Shown here one piece after another: positions 40,763-52,965 of a DNA stretch of 64,000 nt. The notes beneath the pieces were generated by a model. It worked only from the letters and a program-made list of their open reading frames with translations, ran no database searches and was not told the DNA's origin. Within the stretch, counting starts at the first letter, position 1, and each line of letters begins with the position of its first letter. The DNA lies in contig OX597830.1 of NCBI GenBank assembly GCA_951406725.2, forward strand, positions 26,164,001-26,228,000. Reading direction: 5' to 3'. This DNA is from Octopus vulgaris. Its lineage: Eukaryota. The position numbers and the translations under genes are program-made.

Positions 40763-43700
40763 TCTCTTATGATAAAAGGCAGATTTTCTCTGCCTGTTCC
40801 CATGTTTCTTTTTAATACAATTCTACAATATAGAATTTCTTCAATTGGAATTTACCTATGATTTTTCCAAGTAGATTCGATTGGGTCACGGCATGTAAAG
40901 TTTTTTCAATTTGACCCCCAATTAAGCAAAAATTCGAGAAAACTCAATATTTTACGATTTGCCTCTCATTTCAAGTGGTTTACTCCTGCTATTACCACCA
41001 CACTTTCTCCTACTTTCTCTTTGCAAGGGTGAAACTATTAAAGTGAAAGTATTATATAACAGGGATGAGCCATTAAAACTGGTCATCCTTTTTGCTAGAG
41101 GAAGATCCGCTATGGTCTTATATGCTACACCACTGGTTTTCAATTCATATTAATCAAATTAATATTCAATTTTTCACCCTTATTATGTGTGTGTGTGTGT
41201 GTATTAGCAATTCGTATAAAATTGCATCAATGACTTGAACTTGAATAAGTGGTTTCACATAAATGGGGATAAATTAAAAAGGTTTGTTGTTATTATTATT
41301 ACTGTTTGACTATTGTAATCACGTTTGTTTGTTCCCCGTCAGGGAAACGTTGTTGTGTTGCATTTGTTAAATAATTGTAAACCGTAACCCTCCCCCTTTC
41401 GGAGAAGGGGCTTTGGTTATTGTTTAAAAATTGAATTGTGTCCCTGTTTGGGGAAATTGACAATATTTTCACCGTCTTTACGGAAGCATTTTTGTTAAAA
41501 TGCCTTCGATAGAAGAAAGTCCAAAAATGAATTTCGCTGCAGCCGTACACTTCTATACAAGAGGGAGGACAAGATCCACTTGATCGAAATTGCCAGAGAC
41601 GGGCCTACAATTCCATTCTGTTATATATTTTGAGTATTGTTATTACTAGCGATATCAAGATATAACTTTGTATTTTGTATTTTATGTGTAGATGTATATA
41701 TATATAGATGTACATGTAATATGTACACATATATATATACACATATATACATGCATAATATATCTACCCATACACACATACGCACACACACATACACAAA
41801 CACACACACATACATAGGAGAAGGTGTGGCTGTGTGGTAACAAACTACGTTCGAAGATACTGTACTTGATATGGGCGGTAGTGCCTTGCCGGTCTATGGC
41901 CTACCTTCAACAAACCGGGAAGGCACAAACACTCTGTCTTCACATTTGCTGCGTGAGACATGTTTTAATGTTGACGAGCTTGCCGAGTATATAGCCGACA
42001 ATGAGCCAAAGCTCCTTCTAGAACAGAAGTTCGCTTACAACTCCGTTGTTAATTCAGTCCGGGCCCAAGCTGGGGGGATTTTTTCCCTGCACGCTCCTGG
42101 GGGCACTGGGAAAACTTTTGTCAACAAATTAATATTGGCTGAGATTAGGCGAACACAAGGCATTGCCCTATCTGTGGCATCATCTGGAATTGTGGCTACT
42201 TTGTTGCCAGGCGGCAGGACAGCTCACTCCACTTTCAAGCTCCCGCTTGACTTAGCGAAAACTGAGACACCAACTTGCAACATCAGTAACAGCTCCGATC
42301 AGGCAGAAGTCTTCAGACGATGCAAGCTTATCGTTTGGGATGAATGCACGGTGGCCCACAGAGGTGCTCTTGAGGCACTAGATAGATCTCTCAGAGACAT
42401 CAAACACTCTTCAGCTCCCATGGGAGGCATAACACTTCTTCTTTCAGGGGACTTCCGACAAACACTTCCCGTTATTCCCAAAGGGACGAGAGCTGATGCA
42501 GTAAGTGCGTGTCTTAAGTCATCTACATTGTGGCCACTGGTGAAGACTCTCAAACTTCACACCAATATGCGTGATATGCGACTTGATATCACATCAGCAG
42601 CATTTTCTCACACCCTCCTTGCACTTGGCGAAGGCAAAATACCAGGGGATGAAAATGGTAATATTGCCATCGATTCCATTTGTACCATTGTTAAAACGCC
42701 TTCTGATCTCAGAGATGCAGTGTTCCCAGATCTACAAGCTAATTATCAGAATATGGATTGGATTGGCCAAAGGGCTATTCTGGCACCGAGGAATAAAACT
42801 GTTCACCATATTAATGATGAAATGCTAAAACTCATTCCTGGGGATGTCTATGTATATAAGTCTATCGGTACAACTCCTGACCCAGAGGACGTCATCAACT
42901 ATCCAATAGAGGTACTCAATTCCTTTGAGCCCACCGGACTACCACCACGCATTCTCAGACTTAAAGTTGGTGCCCCTATAATGCTCATTAGAAATTTGTT
43001 TCCCCCAAAACAATGTAATGGCATACGTTTGATCGTTAGGTCCTTATCTCCCAATCTGATTGAGGCCACCATTATCACAGGGTGCGGTCGAGGCAACGTT
43101 GTGCTCATACCTAGGATGCATCTTTTCCCATCAGGAGCAGACCTATCTTTCATATTTCGGAGGTCCCAGTTCCCAGTAAGGCCATGTTTCACAATGTCAA
43201 TTAACAAAGCGCAGGGTCAAACACAGTCTGTGGCGGGAATACATTTTGGAGAGCCATGTTTCTCTCATGGTCAGCTTTATGTTGCCTGCTCGCGCGTCGG
43301 CAGCAACAGTGATGCTTTCGCATTCGTTCCACAACGAAAAACAACAAACATTGTGTACAAGGAGGTTTTATAGGATTACTACGTTTCATCATTTTCGAAC
43401 ACGTTAGTATTTCACTTACATACGACTCTCTTTTATGATGGCATTTACATTTCTAGGCGTTTCATGACATTAATTCACACTTAACCAACACCTGTCCTTC
43501 GCTCACCTCTATTTCTATCCATTCATCATCAAACCACCAGCCTCATCTTCTATATCCAACGTACATGACACATCTACCCCCTACATTTACACTCTCACTG
43601 TTAAAGTTTACATAAGCAACACGATCGCAACATACACTTTGGAAACTAAGCAACAGATCATTTTATACAACAACAAATTTAATCATAACGCCCATCAATG

Positions 43701-44211
43701 AAAACATCTCCACCACTGTGTTGTGATTCATCTAATCAGCACCACTACAGTCTTGCCGGTCTGACATATGGTGAGTAGATGCTATTGTTCTATATTTTAT
43801 AAATTACCCATATTTACTTACCCATGCTTCATTCCCCTCTTGCCTACATAGGGCATCCATTCTCTTTTAACACAGCATGAAGTTTTGCAACAGCACATCC
43901 GCTGCCGTTCGTGGAAAACGAAGAGACCCTATTCACCTGCGAACGTTTTACACCGCCTTCCATGACTATCAAATTCTTACAATTATGAGAACAACAACAT
44001 GGCTCTTTTCAAGGCAACCTCACATTCAATTCTTACGCCATTCTACGAGGGGGTAGGAACCCCTTTACACGGCTTTCTATACACTTACAAATACATTCAT
44101 TCGCCGTAAACTTATATCAATATTTGCCTGAATAATCATCATAATTCAGTGCAATCATTAACAGTACTTTCAAGCAATTCAGCCCCGAGCATCGCCGGGT
44201 AATTCTGCTAG
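40763..44211 (+). mobile_element. Helitron, internally deleted, in gene A intron 2 (antisense)
   Basis: A|TC 5' end at 40763; subterminal hairpin cccgagcatcgccggg (44184-44199); CTAG|T 3' end; encloses the helicase ORF. Confidence 0.8.
41871..43373 (+). CDS. Helitron PIF1-family (SF1B) DNA helicase, C-terminal half of RepHel, 500 aa
   Basis: Walker A APGGTGKT, Walker B IVWDE, GDFRQTLPV, QFPV..FTMSINKAQGQT, FSHGQLYVACSRV, terminal TTNIVYKEVL. Confidence 0.92.
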   Translation: MGGSALPVYGLPSTNREGTNTLSSHLLRETCFNVDELAEYIADNEPKLLLEQKFAYNSVVNSVRAQAGGIFSLHAPGGTGKTFVNKLILAEIRRTQGIALSVASSGIVATLLPGGRTAHSTFKLPLDLAKTETPTCNISNSSDQAEVFRRCKLIVWDECTVAHRGALEALDRSLRDIKHSSAPMGGITLLLSGDFRQTLPVIPKGTRADAVSACLKSSTLWPLVKTLKLHTNMRDMRLDITSAAFSHTLLALGEGKIPGDENGNIAIDSICTIVKTPSDLRDAVFPDLQANYQNMDWIGQRAILAPRNKTVHHINDEMLKLIPGDVYVYKSIGTTPDPEDVINYPIEVLNSFEPTGLPPRILRLKVGAPIMLIRNLFPPKQCNGIRLIVRSLSPNLIEATIITGCGRGNVVLIPRMHLFPSGADLSFIFRRSQFPVRPCFTMSINKAQGQTQSVAGIHFGEPCFSHGQLYVACSRVGSNSDAFAFVPQRKTTNIVYKEVL

Positions 44212-44389
44212 TTTGTAATAAAACAATTATAAATTTCTTATTGTTGGCGTATTTGTTTGAAATTCATTATAATTTACTATAACTCATTATAATTGATTCA
44301 GAAATGTTCTTTATATATTACATGCATTAATGCTAATGAAGTTAAGGTATGGACATATAAGGTGCATGCATGGTATGGCCATATAAGGT

Positions 44390-44940
44390 ACATGCATGGC
44401 TGTGTGGTTAAGAAAATCGCCTTGCAACCACCTGGTTTCAGGTTCGGTTCCACTTCGCGGCACACTGCACAAGTGTCTTGTATTATAGCCCCGAGCCCGA
44501 GTCGACCAATGTCTTGTGAGTGGATTTCGTAGACGAAAACTGAAAGAAACCCGTTGTGTGCGTGTGCGTGTGTGTGTGTGCGTATGTGTGTGCGTGTGTG
44601 TGTACATTCTTGTATTTGTTTCAATCATTTGACTGCAGCCATGCTGGAGCACCGCCTTTTGTCGGACAAATCGAACCCAGGACTTATTCTTTGTGAGTCT
44701 CTTTTGCCGAACCGCTAGCTTACGAGGACGTAAACACACCAACATCGGTTGACAAGGGATGTTGGCGGGGGGGGGGACAAACACAGACATACAAATGTAT
44801 ACACCCACACACACACATATATACGACGGGCGTCTTATAGCCTCGGCTCGAGGCTATTATAACAGACACTTGCCCACGCAGTGGGACTGAACCCGAAACC
44901 GTGAGGTTAGAAAGGAAGCTTACCACACAGCCACGCCTGC
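44390..44940. mobile_element. Microsatellite-carrying SINE family, two copies in opposite orientation
   Basis: ggctgtgtggttaagaa head at 44398 (+) and 44933 (-); relatives at 17500-18010, 32380-32795, 47330-48125 and 51175-51410. Confidence 0.65.
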
Positions 44941-44973
44941 ATCTGCGCACCTACACTTGCGCCCTTACATCTA

Positions 44974-45029
<56 letters not shown>

Positions 45030-45080
45030 CACATACATATATGTGTGTATGTATATATATATATGTCTCTGTGCGTGTGC

Positions 45081-45120
<40 letters not shown>

Positions 45121-45422
45121 ATTTGTCTGTGTTTCCTCTCCACAACTACACGACAATCGTGTTTCTTTTGTTATGCAGCACATTAGCTCATCGCCACCCC
45201 TACCCCCACCCCGACCCCGACCCCCACCTCCATCACATTTATGTTGCTTTTTACTGGCGCACGTGATGTCGCATGGCAAATGTCGAAATAATTGAAGTTG
45301 TTTTGCTCAAAAATACAGCGTACCATTAATGGCATGAACCTGGGTACTTTAATTTAGTAATCGTCGAAACGAATTTCACGAATTTTCTATATTCAGTTTT
45401 TATCAGATGTAATCTTATAATT

Positions 45423-45708
45423 GTGGAGGCACATGGCCTAGTGGTTAGAGCAGCGGACTCGCGGTCGAGGGATCGCGGGTTCGAATCTCAGACTGTGCGA
45501 TGAGTGTGTTTATGAGCGAAACACCTAAGTTCCACGCAGCTCCGGCAGAAGGTAATGGCGAACTTCTGCTGACTCTTTCGCCACAACTTTCACTCTTTCC
45601 TCCTGCATCTTGCAGCCCACCTGCGACAGACCGGCGTCCCGTCCAGGTGGGGAACCTATACGCCAAGGAAACCTTATGAGCCAGGCATGGCTTGAGAAGG
45701 AGCAAACA
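45423..45708 (+). mobile_element. tRNA-derived SINE (second family)
   Basis: gtggaggcacatggcctagtggttagagcagcggac...ggttcgaatctc; non-tRNA body follows. Confidence 0.85.
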
Positions 45709-45863
45709 ATCTTATAACTGGGAGGCAACAGCAGAGTAGATAAATAAAATTTCTGTAAAAACAACAAAAAAATGTGAGTGAGAATCGAAATCACGCTAAA
45801 CCGATGTGGAAAGCAATACCCTAACCGCTGGGTCAAAAGTCTTCACTATTATTCTATACTTAC

Positions 45864-46297
45864 AGGATAAAAGGTATTCGGGAAAAAACGGAATGGAAGT
45901 TTCTTTTCATCAATTTCTTCGTAATGATCGAAGTAGGATTCGTGTAGCTCGATAATATTCTCAAGAACATTTCGAACAGTCGTCTCTACTTGGTCTATCT
46001 CTTTAGTGTACACTATGTTCATTTTTTTATATTGGCATACAGACTGCTCTATATCAACGGAGCAATGAAGTAAGACATATAAGCTTAAAGTGTCATTTTT
46101 CAGAGTGGCACTAACTTTGTCCTCCTCTTCCATTAATGGCGTGAAAATGAGTACTTTGATTAAATAATTGTTGAAATGAGTATCGCAAATGTCTTTATAC
46201 TGAGTGTTGTCAGATGAAATTCTATACTCCGTAAGTAACATTTCTTGCAAATACTTGCTCCAATCTTCGCCATCAGCAGAGTGAATAAATAAAATTT
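45864..46297 (-). CDS. Gene A exon 2, TIR-like domain: (K)ILFIHSADGEDWSKYLQEML...FRFFPNTFYP
   Basis: Poly-T tract plus ACAG acceptor, GTAAGT donor, 434 nt open. N-terminus resembles the BCAP TIR start (ILIVYSxDAEEWxQYL, recalled). Paralogous to 9679-10136. Confidence 0.88.
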
Positions 46298-46402
46298 CTG
46301 TAAAAAAAAAAAAAAAAACTTAAATAGTGAACGATAACAAAAAAAAAGCAAAAATTAATAGAACATAATGTTGAAAAATGTAAAACGCCAAACAATGAAA
46401 AT

Positions 46403-46925
46403 ATGTTTCTTTATTAGCCACACAGGGCTGCACACAGACAGAACAAATTACAAGGTAGAGCTTTTCTTTTGGGGGTAAAAAAAAAAGGGGGGTTGGTTTT
46501 CGATCAAAAGGGATCGTAAAAGGAAATAAAGAGGACAAAAAAAGGGGAGGATTTTAAAAAAAGGGGGGGGAGAGGAAAAAAAAAGAAATGGGGAGAGGAA
46601 AAAAAAAGAAAAGGGGAGAGGAAAAAAAAAGTTGATCAATAGGGATCGTAATCACAGAAATGTCAATATGAAGTGTAAAGGGGAGGACAGGTGAGGTTTA
46701 CCCGTGGAAAGAAAAGCCTACGGAAAAGACCACGGTAACCTCGGTCAATGAAGTCACATGTTATATTTCTTTCTTTTTTTTTTTTTTGCAAATAAGCAAC
46801 TCTCTGTATTAATTTTTACGGTTCATAGAATCATAGTCAAGGTGGCTTCGTCATTCATACGTGCCATCCTTGCTACATTCACCCATCTTTTTTTAAAACA
46901 TTCACTAGACAAAACTTGCCTCCTA
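46403..46925 (-). mobile_element. Probable Tx1/L1-like LINE 3' end
   Basis: ORF tail RRQVLSSECFKKRWVNVARM-like, pyrimidine-rich 3' UTR ending aataaagaaa; clade assignment is recalled, not searched. Confidence 0.55.
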
Positions 46926-46957
46926 AAGATAAGTTAGCTGGTAATCTTTGGTCTTAT

Positions 46958-47194
46958 GTGTATCCAATATTTTGGGACATACAAGTCTCTTCTTCAGGGT
47001 TAAAAAATAACTGCCCTTGATTAGATGTTTCTTGTCGGAGATAAAATAATTCTATGATTATATTTGAATTTTAAACGCTTGAAAATTCAAATATAATCAG
47101 AATTATTTTATCTCTGATAACAAACATCTAACCAAGGGCAGTTCCTTTTTAACCCTGAAGAAGATTCTTGTATGTCCCAAAATAGTGGATACAC
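46958..47194. repeat. Imperfect foldback with degenerate hammerhead-like motif at the outer end of each arm
   Basis: Arms of about 115 bp; CC-CUGAAGA-AGAGAC UUGUAU GUCCC-AAAAUAUU-GG. Confidence 0.75.
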
Positions 47195-47896
47195 TTTTAG
47201 TTTACGTTACCTCATCTTAAAATCTATTTGTATTGTTTAGCCTTTTACATCTTTCAACATTATATTCCATGTACAATGCTTCGAGCTAACTATAAAATCT
47301 TATTATAATAGAACGTAATTTTATATAAGGTGCAGGCATGGTCGTGTGGGTTATAAATTCGTTTCGAAAGCATATTGTTTCTGGTTCAGCCCCATTGTAT
47401 GGCATCTCGGGTTAGTATCTGCGACTGTAAGTCCAAACCAATTAAAGTGTTGTGAGTAGAATTAGATTTGGATTTCGTAGAAGGAATCTGTGGAAGCATA
47501 CATGAAGTTACAGATCAGTGGCGCATAGTGGTTGTTATACACCCAATGCCACCAAATTTCAAGCAGGGCAATAACGGAAGTTTTCCATTAAAATAATTAA
47601 ATTAATGAGTATGGTTAATATTTGTAATGAATTTGCCATTTTCGGTGGCTGTGCAGCGGACACCTAGCGCACCTACCACACCTGTGTATACACCCCTGAT
47701 ACGCATGTATGTGTATGTATGTGTGTGTATGTTTGTATACATGTATATATGTATATGTGCGTGTGTTTGTATATATCTATATGTGTCTGTCTGTGTTTGT
47801 ATACATGTATATGTATATGTGTGTGTGTTTGTATACATTTATATGTATATACGTGTGTGTGTTTGTATACAGGTATATGTGTATGTGTGTGTGTGT

Positions 47897-47937
<41 letters not shown>

Positions 47938-48591
47938 TGGATGTTTGTCGTCACATCGCTGGACAACCGGTGTTGTTTGGTTATCGTCGCCTGCAGTTCG
48001 ACGAAGAACACCAATTGAACAAGTACCGGTGTAGATAAAGAACTGGGGTAGATTTGTTCGGACAAACCATTCCAGATGGTGTTCCAGCATGGCAGCAGTC
48101 CAGTGATTGAAACAAGTAACAGAATAGACATAACACATCAAATTTCGAAGTTGAAAACAAGGAAAAGGTCGGCATGTGACGCTTATGTCACTCAAAATTA
48201 TCAGAGCAAAAGTCAAAAAGAACCACAACAACATCAAATAATAAAAAACTTCAATGATCAAATAGGGTGAGAAATCCCGTTGTAATTCTTCTGATGGGTA
48301 AATCTGGGTTCGTTTCCCTGGATTATGAATATTCTTTTCTACTCTAGGCACAAGGCCCTAAATTTTGGGGGAGGGGCCAGTCGATTAGATCGACCCCAGT
48401 ATGCAACTGGTACTTATTTTATCGACCGCGAAGGATAAAAGGCAAAGTCGACCTCGGCAGGATTTCAACTCAGAACGTAAAGACAGAGGAAATACCGTAG
48501 TTGTGTGAACATTAGGGTGCATGTGTAGTCCTATGGGTATTAAAATGTATATATGATTGTCTAGACATTCGAGTGTATGCGTGATTGATCA

Positions 48592-48639
<48 letters not shown>

Positions 48640-49152
48640 GAGTGAGAAAGCAGTACATGCCATCAAAGTGATACTGGGGTAGAAAATATACGAAGCCGCC
48701 CAGTATACCCATCATGTCTACCTGTCTGGTACACCAGGTAGACATGATGTACACCAGGTAGATGCATCACAGCTATATGTTGCGACATGGTGATCTCATA
48801 TCAAGATAAACAACACATGACCTTGCAGATGGGGCCCAGTTAGAATTTTCTTCTGGTCGAGTAACCCATCCCGCTCAAAAGGTCCCTGAATAAGGGTTGT
48901 TTAAGGATGTTGAACGAAACACCCATGTTTCCGGAGGTGAATTATTCAAACCCCAAAGAATCCCTCTCAACACACGGCTATGATGCTCCCCCACTACTTC
49001 TGCTCGTGATCAGAGATGCACATATCGTCAGCCACTAAGGGACATGCTCAACTGGTTAAGGTCAAACAACTGACAAGCAAATCTGTGGTATTGAGCAGAA
49101 TATTTGCTGTAGTCCATCTTTTATACCAAGATAAAACAATGCACAATGATAA
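48640..49152 (-). mobile_element. Second copy of the (TAA)n-tailed repeat
   Basis: Matches 1698-2190. Confidence 0.8.
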
Positions 49153-49222
49153 GACAAAACAAAGTACATAATATGACAAAACAACAACAACAACAACAAT
49201 AATAATGATAATGATAATAGTG

Positions 49223-49258
<36 letters not shown>

Positions 49259-49309
49259 GGTGTGCCCCGGCAAGTGATTGCATCAAACATGCAGATTAAA
49301 AGTAAATGA

Positions 49310-49310
49310 C

Positions 49311-49355
<45 letters not shown>

Positions 49356-49373
49356 TCTTTTCTATATAATAAT

Positions 49374-49454
<81 letters not shown>

Positions 49455-49476
49455 AAGAAGAAGAAGAATTCTTTTC

Positions 49477-49529
<53 letters not shown>

Positions 49530-49547
49530 TCTTTTCTATATAATAAT

Positions 49548-49632
<85 letters not shown>
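49310..49632. repeat. (AAT)n/(AAG)n array with a three-times repeated aattctttt(t)ctata spacer
   Basis: Direct reading. Confidence 0.9.
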
Positions 49633-49809
49633 TGTTATTTTTAATATAGGTAGAGAATAAGAAATAAAAGAAGCGGGGCTGATAAGTGTAGAAAGATAAA
49701 TGACGAAATGGAACGAAATAAGATTTAAAGTTAAGCATGTGAATATACATTTGAAGACATTTCTTGTGGTGCTTTACAGAGTTTTTGCCTATTGTTTACA
49801 TTTACTTAC

Positions 49810-49834
49810 TTTCGTAGTTTCCACTGTCAGCCAT
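49810..49834 (-). CDS. Gene A (BCAP/PIK3AP1-BANK1-Dof-like TIR-DBB adaptor), coding exon 1: MADSGNYE
   Basis: gaggcgATGG start context; 25 nt then a GTAAGT donor; phase 1 matches the acceptor at 46297 (junction codon AAA). Confidence 0.75.
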
Positions 49835-51753
49835 CGCCTCTGTTTAGTAGTACTCGAGTAGTTTCACTGATTTCTTCTCTCTTCTCTTGTTCTCGTTTTC
49901 TCTGTCTGTATGAATGTGTGTTTGTCTAAATCTACGAGACGCTTGTATTTTATGCTATTTGAAATTTCTGTTCGTCACTTTTATATGACACCATTATATC
50001 TCCGCTGTTAGTGGTTTAAGTTACAGATTATATTTACTGAATGATTCACAATGGAAATGAACAACAGGAAACAAAATTAGCCAATTGAAATGCTCGTCTT
50101 CCACCCAGGGTGGCGACGGAGGGCAGGCTCTGATATTATGTTTCGTTTCACCCTACCGATTTCGCTAAGGAAGGTGGTGATAAGATTGGGACGGTGGGGA
50201 AGAAAAAACCGTGTCAACATTAGTAGACACTCCTTTCTACGTATGTCTACTACATGAAAATGGCCGAGTCCAGAAGTTAAATGAAAGATTGCCACTACTT
50301 GGGTGGTATTATGTTTACCAACCTCGAAGTTACGAAGAAAAAAAAAAGTCGACCGCAGAAAGATTCGAACTCAGGGCTAGAGACATATTACCAAACAGGC
50401 TAACAAACTCCCACCTACTGTTCTAACTCGCTACCTGTCAATAAAATCTGATAAATTTATAGTTTACTTCAATTCACACCGTAATAGTTTATTACTCAAA
50501 ACATGACCGTATGATTACGAAGCTGCTTTGCAACCATGAAGTCCACTGCAGGGCACCTTGCCCCAGTGTATTCTACTATAACCCCGAGACGACCAAATAT
50601 CTTATTAGGAAATCTGGTAGACAGAAACTACGTGGAAGCCCGTCTCATATTATATTATATTATGTTATATTGTATATTATATTATATTATATTATATTAT
50701 ATTATATTATATTATATTATATACATGCGAGTGTTTGTGTTTGTCTCCCCTACACCAATTAATAACACAAACACACGCATATATATAATATAATATAATA
50801 TAGTTTAAGATAATATGATATAATACAATCACAGCGAGGTGGCAGAATTGTTAGCACGCTGGGCGAAATGCTTAACTCTATTTCTCCTTCCGTTACGATC
50901 TGAGTTCAAATTCCACCGACGTCGACTTTTTCTTTCATCCTTTCGGAGCCAGTTAAATGAATATAAGTTACGCGCTGTTGTCGATGTAATCGACTTAATT
51001 TCTTTGTCTGTCCTTGTTTGCCCCCTGTGGGCAATAAAGAAAAAAAAATATAATTGTTTATATAATCGCCGTAACTTTGTTTTTTAAAGATTAAGCAACC
51101 CTTAAAGGCGGTAGCCCCTTGGTGGCAGCACTCCAGTGACACAAATAAGTATGCTGGGTGTGTATATATATATATTCTTTTATTCTTTTACTTGTTTCAG
51201 TCATATGGCAGCGGCCATGCTGGAGCACCACTCTGAACGGTTATAATCGAATAAATCGACCCCAGGAGTTTTTTTACGCCTAGTACTTATTGTATCGGTC
51301 TCTTGTACCGAACCGCTATGTTACGGGGACATAAAGACACCAGTACTAGTTGTCAAGCGGTGATGGTAGGGGTGAACAAATATATATACAAAGACACACA
51401 GACACACACACAGATATATATACATGTATGTATAAATTTCACACATGTTATAATTGTGTGTGTGTGTGTGTGTATGTGTGTGTGTGTATGTGTGTGTGTG
51501 TGTGAATGCGCGCGTGTCCGTGAAGGTGCGTGGCTTAGTGGTTAGAGCATTCGGCTCATGATCGTAAGGTCGTGAGTTCAATTCCCAGCGGCACGTTGCG
51601 CCAGTCCACTCAGCTGGCAAAAATGAGTAGTACCTGTATTTCAAAGGGCCAGCCTTGTCACACACTATCAAGCTGTTCCGTTGATCGTATCAGCTGGGAC
51701 CCTCGTCGTCGTAACCGACAGAGCGCTCCTCGTTATATATATATATATGTGTA

Positions 51754-51811
<58 letters not shown>

Positions 51812-51819
51812 CACACACA

Positions 51820-51871
<52 letters not shown>

Positions 51872-52051
51872 ATAAAAATATGGTAAAGTAAAAAAATTAA
51901 CTCTACCACACACCGAACTTTTCAGAAATAGCAGCCAAAAATTTGGCTATTTCTTCAACTGCAAATAAAAGTCTCCAGACAATGCATACTCAGAAAATAA
52001 CTCACATAGGTATAAGGGAAAAACAATGAAAGATCACATCCATATACGATA

Positions 52052-52114
52052 CCCGAGGACAGTCTGTTTCTGGATTTGTGGGTAAAACGCCACTTTTCCT
52101 TCATCAGCTCAGAG
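52052..52114 (-). ncRNA. Hammerhead ribozyme, identical copy
   Basis: Reverse complement of 52903-52965. Confidence 0.8.
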
Positions 52115-52611
52115 ATTTCTTCTGATTTAGATTTGAAAATACTAAGAATCAAACATACCCGTCCGATATCTGTAACATCGGACAAACCATGCCAGACACC
52201 CAGTACTAGCGAATCCAAAAATACGAATGAGATCTATTATTCTCCCTGTCCACCCACGTGAGTCATAGAGCATTACATTTCTACAGAGGTAAAAACTGCA
52301 GTTCAAATTCTTGGAGATAAAGCATTATATTGTCATCAAAAAAGGGTTAGAATTAATTAATTGTTAATAAATTCGACCAAGCAGTATTCGGTATGTAAAG
52401 ACCATTTACGGTATATTTGAAGTATTAATTTATAAAAATATGGTAAAGTAAAAGAATTCCCTCTACCACACACCGAACTTTTCAGAAATAGCAGCCAAAA
52501 ATTTGGCTATTTCTTCAACTGCAAATAAAAGTCTCCAGACAATGCATACTCAGAAAATAACTCACATAGGTATAAGGGAAAAACAATGAAAGATCACATC
52601 CATATACGATA

Positions 52612-52674
52612 CCCGAGGACAGTCTGTTTCTGGATTTGTGGGTAAAACGCCACTTTTCCTTCATCAGCTCAGAG
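52612..52674 (-). ncRNA. Hammerhead ribozyme, identical copy
   Basis: Reverse complement of 52903-52965. Confidence 0.8.
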
Positions 52675-52902
52675 ATTTCTTCTGATTTAGATTTGAAAAT
52701 ACTAAGAATCAAACATACCCGTCCGATATCTATAACATCGGACAAACCATGCCAGACACCCAGTACTAGCGAATCCAAAAATACGAATGAGATCTATTTT
52801 TGGATTCGCTAGTACTGGGTGTCTCTATGGTTTGTCCGATGTTACAGATATCGGACGGGTATGTTTGATTCTTAGTATTTTCAAATCTAAATCAGAAGAA
52901 AT

Positions 52903-52965
52903 CTCTGAGCTGATGAAGGAAAAGTGGCGTTTTACCCACAAATCCAGAAACAGACTGTCCTCGGG
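52903..52965 (+). ncRNA. Minimal type I hammerhead ribozyme (intact core)
   Basis: CUCUGAG-CUGAUGA-AGGA...UCCA-GAAA-CAGACUG-UC|CUCGGG; predicted cleavage after 52959. Confidence 0.8.

Noticed and set aside
41871-43373. Host PIF1 gene
   Set aside because: Intronless, bounded by Helitron termini and carrying the Helitron-type C-terminus.
45423-45495. tRNA gene
   Set aside because: A and B boxes continue into a multi-copy SINE body; no proper acceptor stem.
47221-47226. ATGAG/gtaacg near 47211-47215 as first exon of gene A
   Set aside because: Phase 2 is incompatible with exon 2; 49810-49834 fits in phase and parallels gene B.
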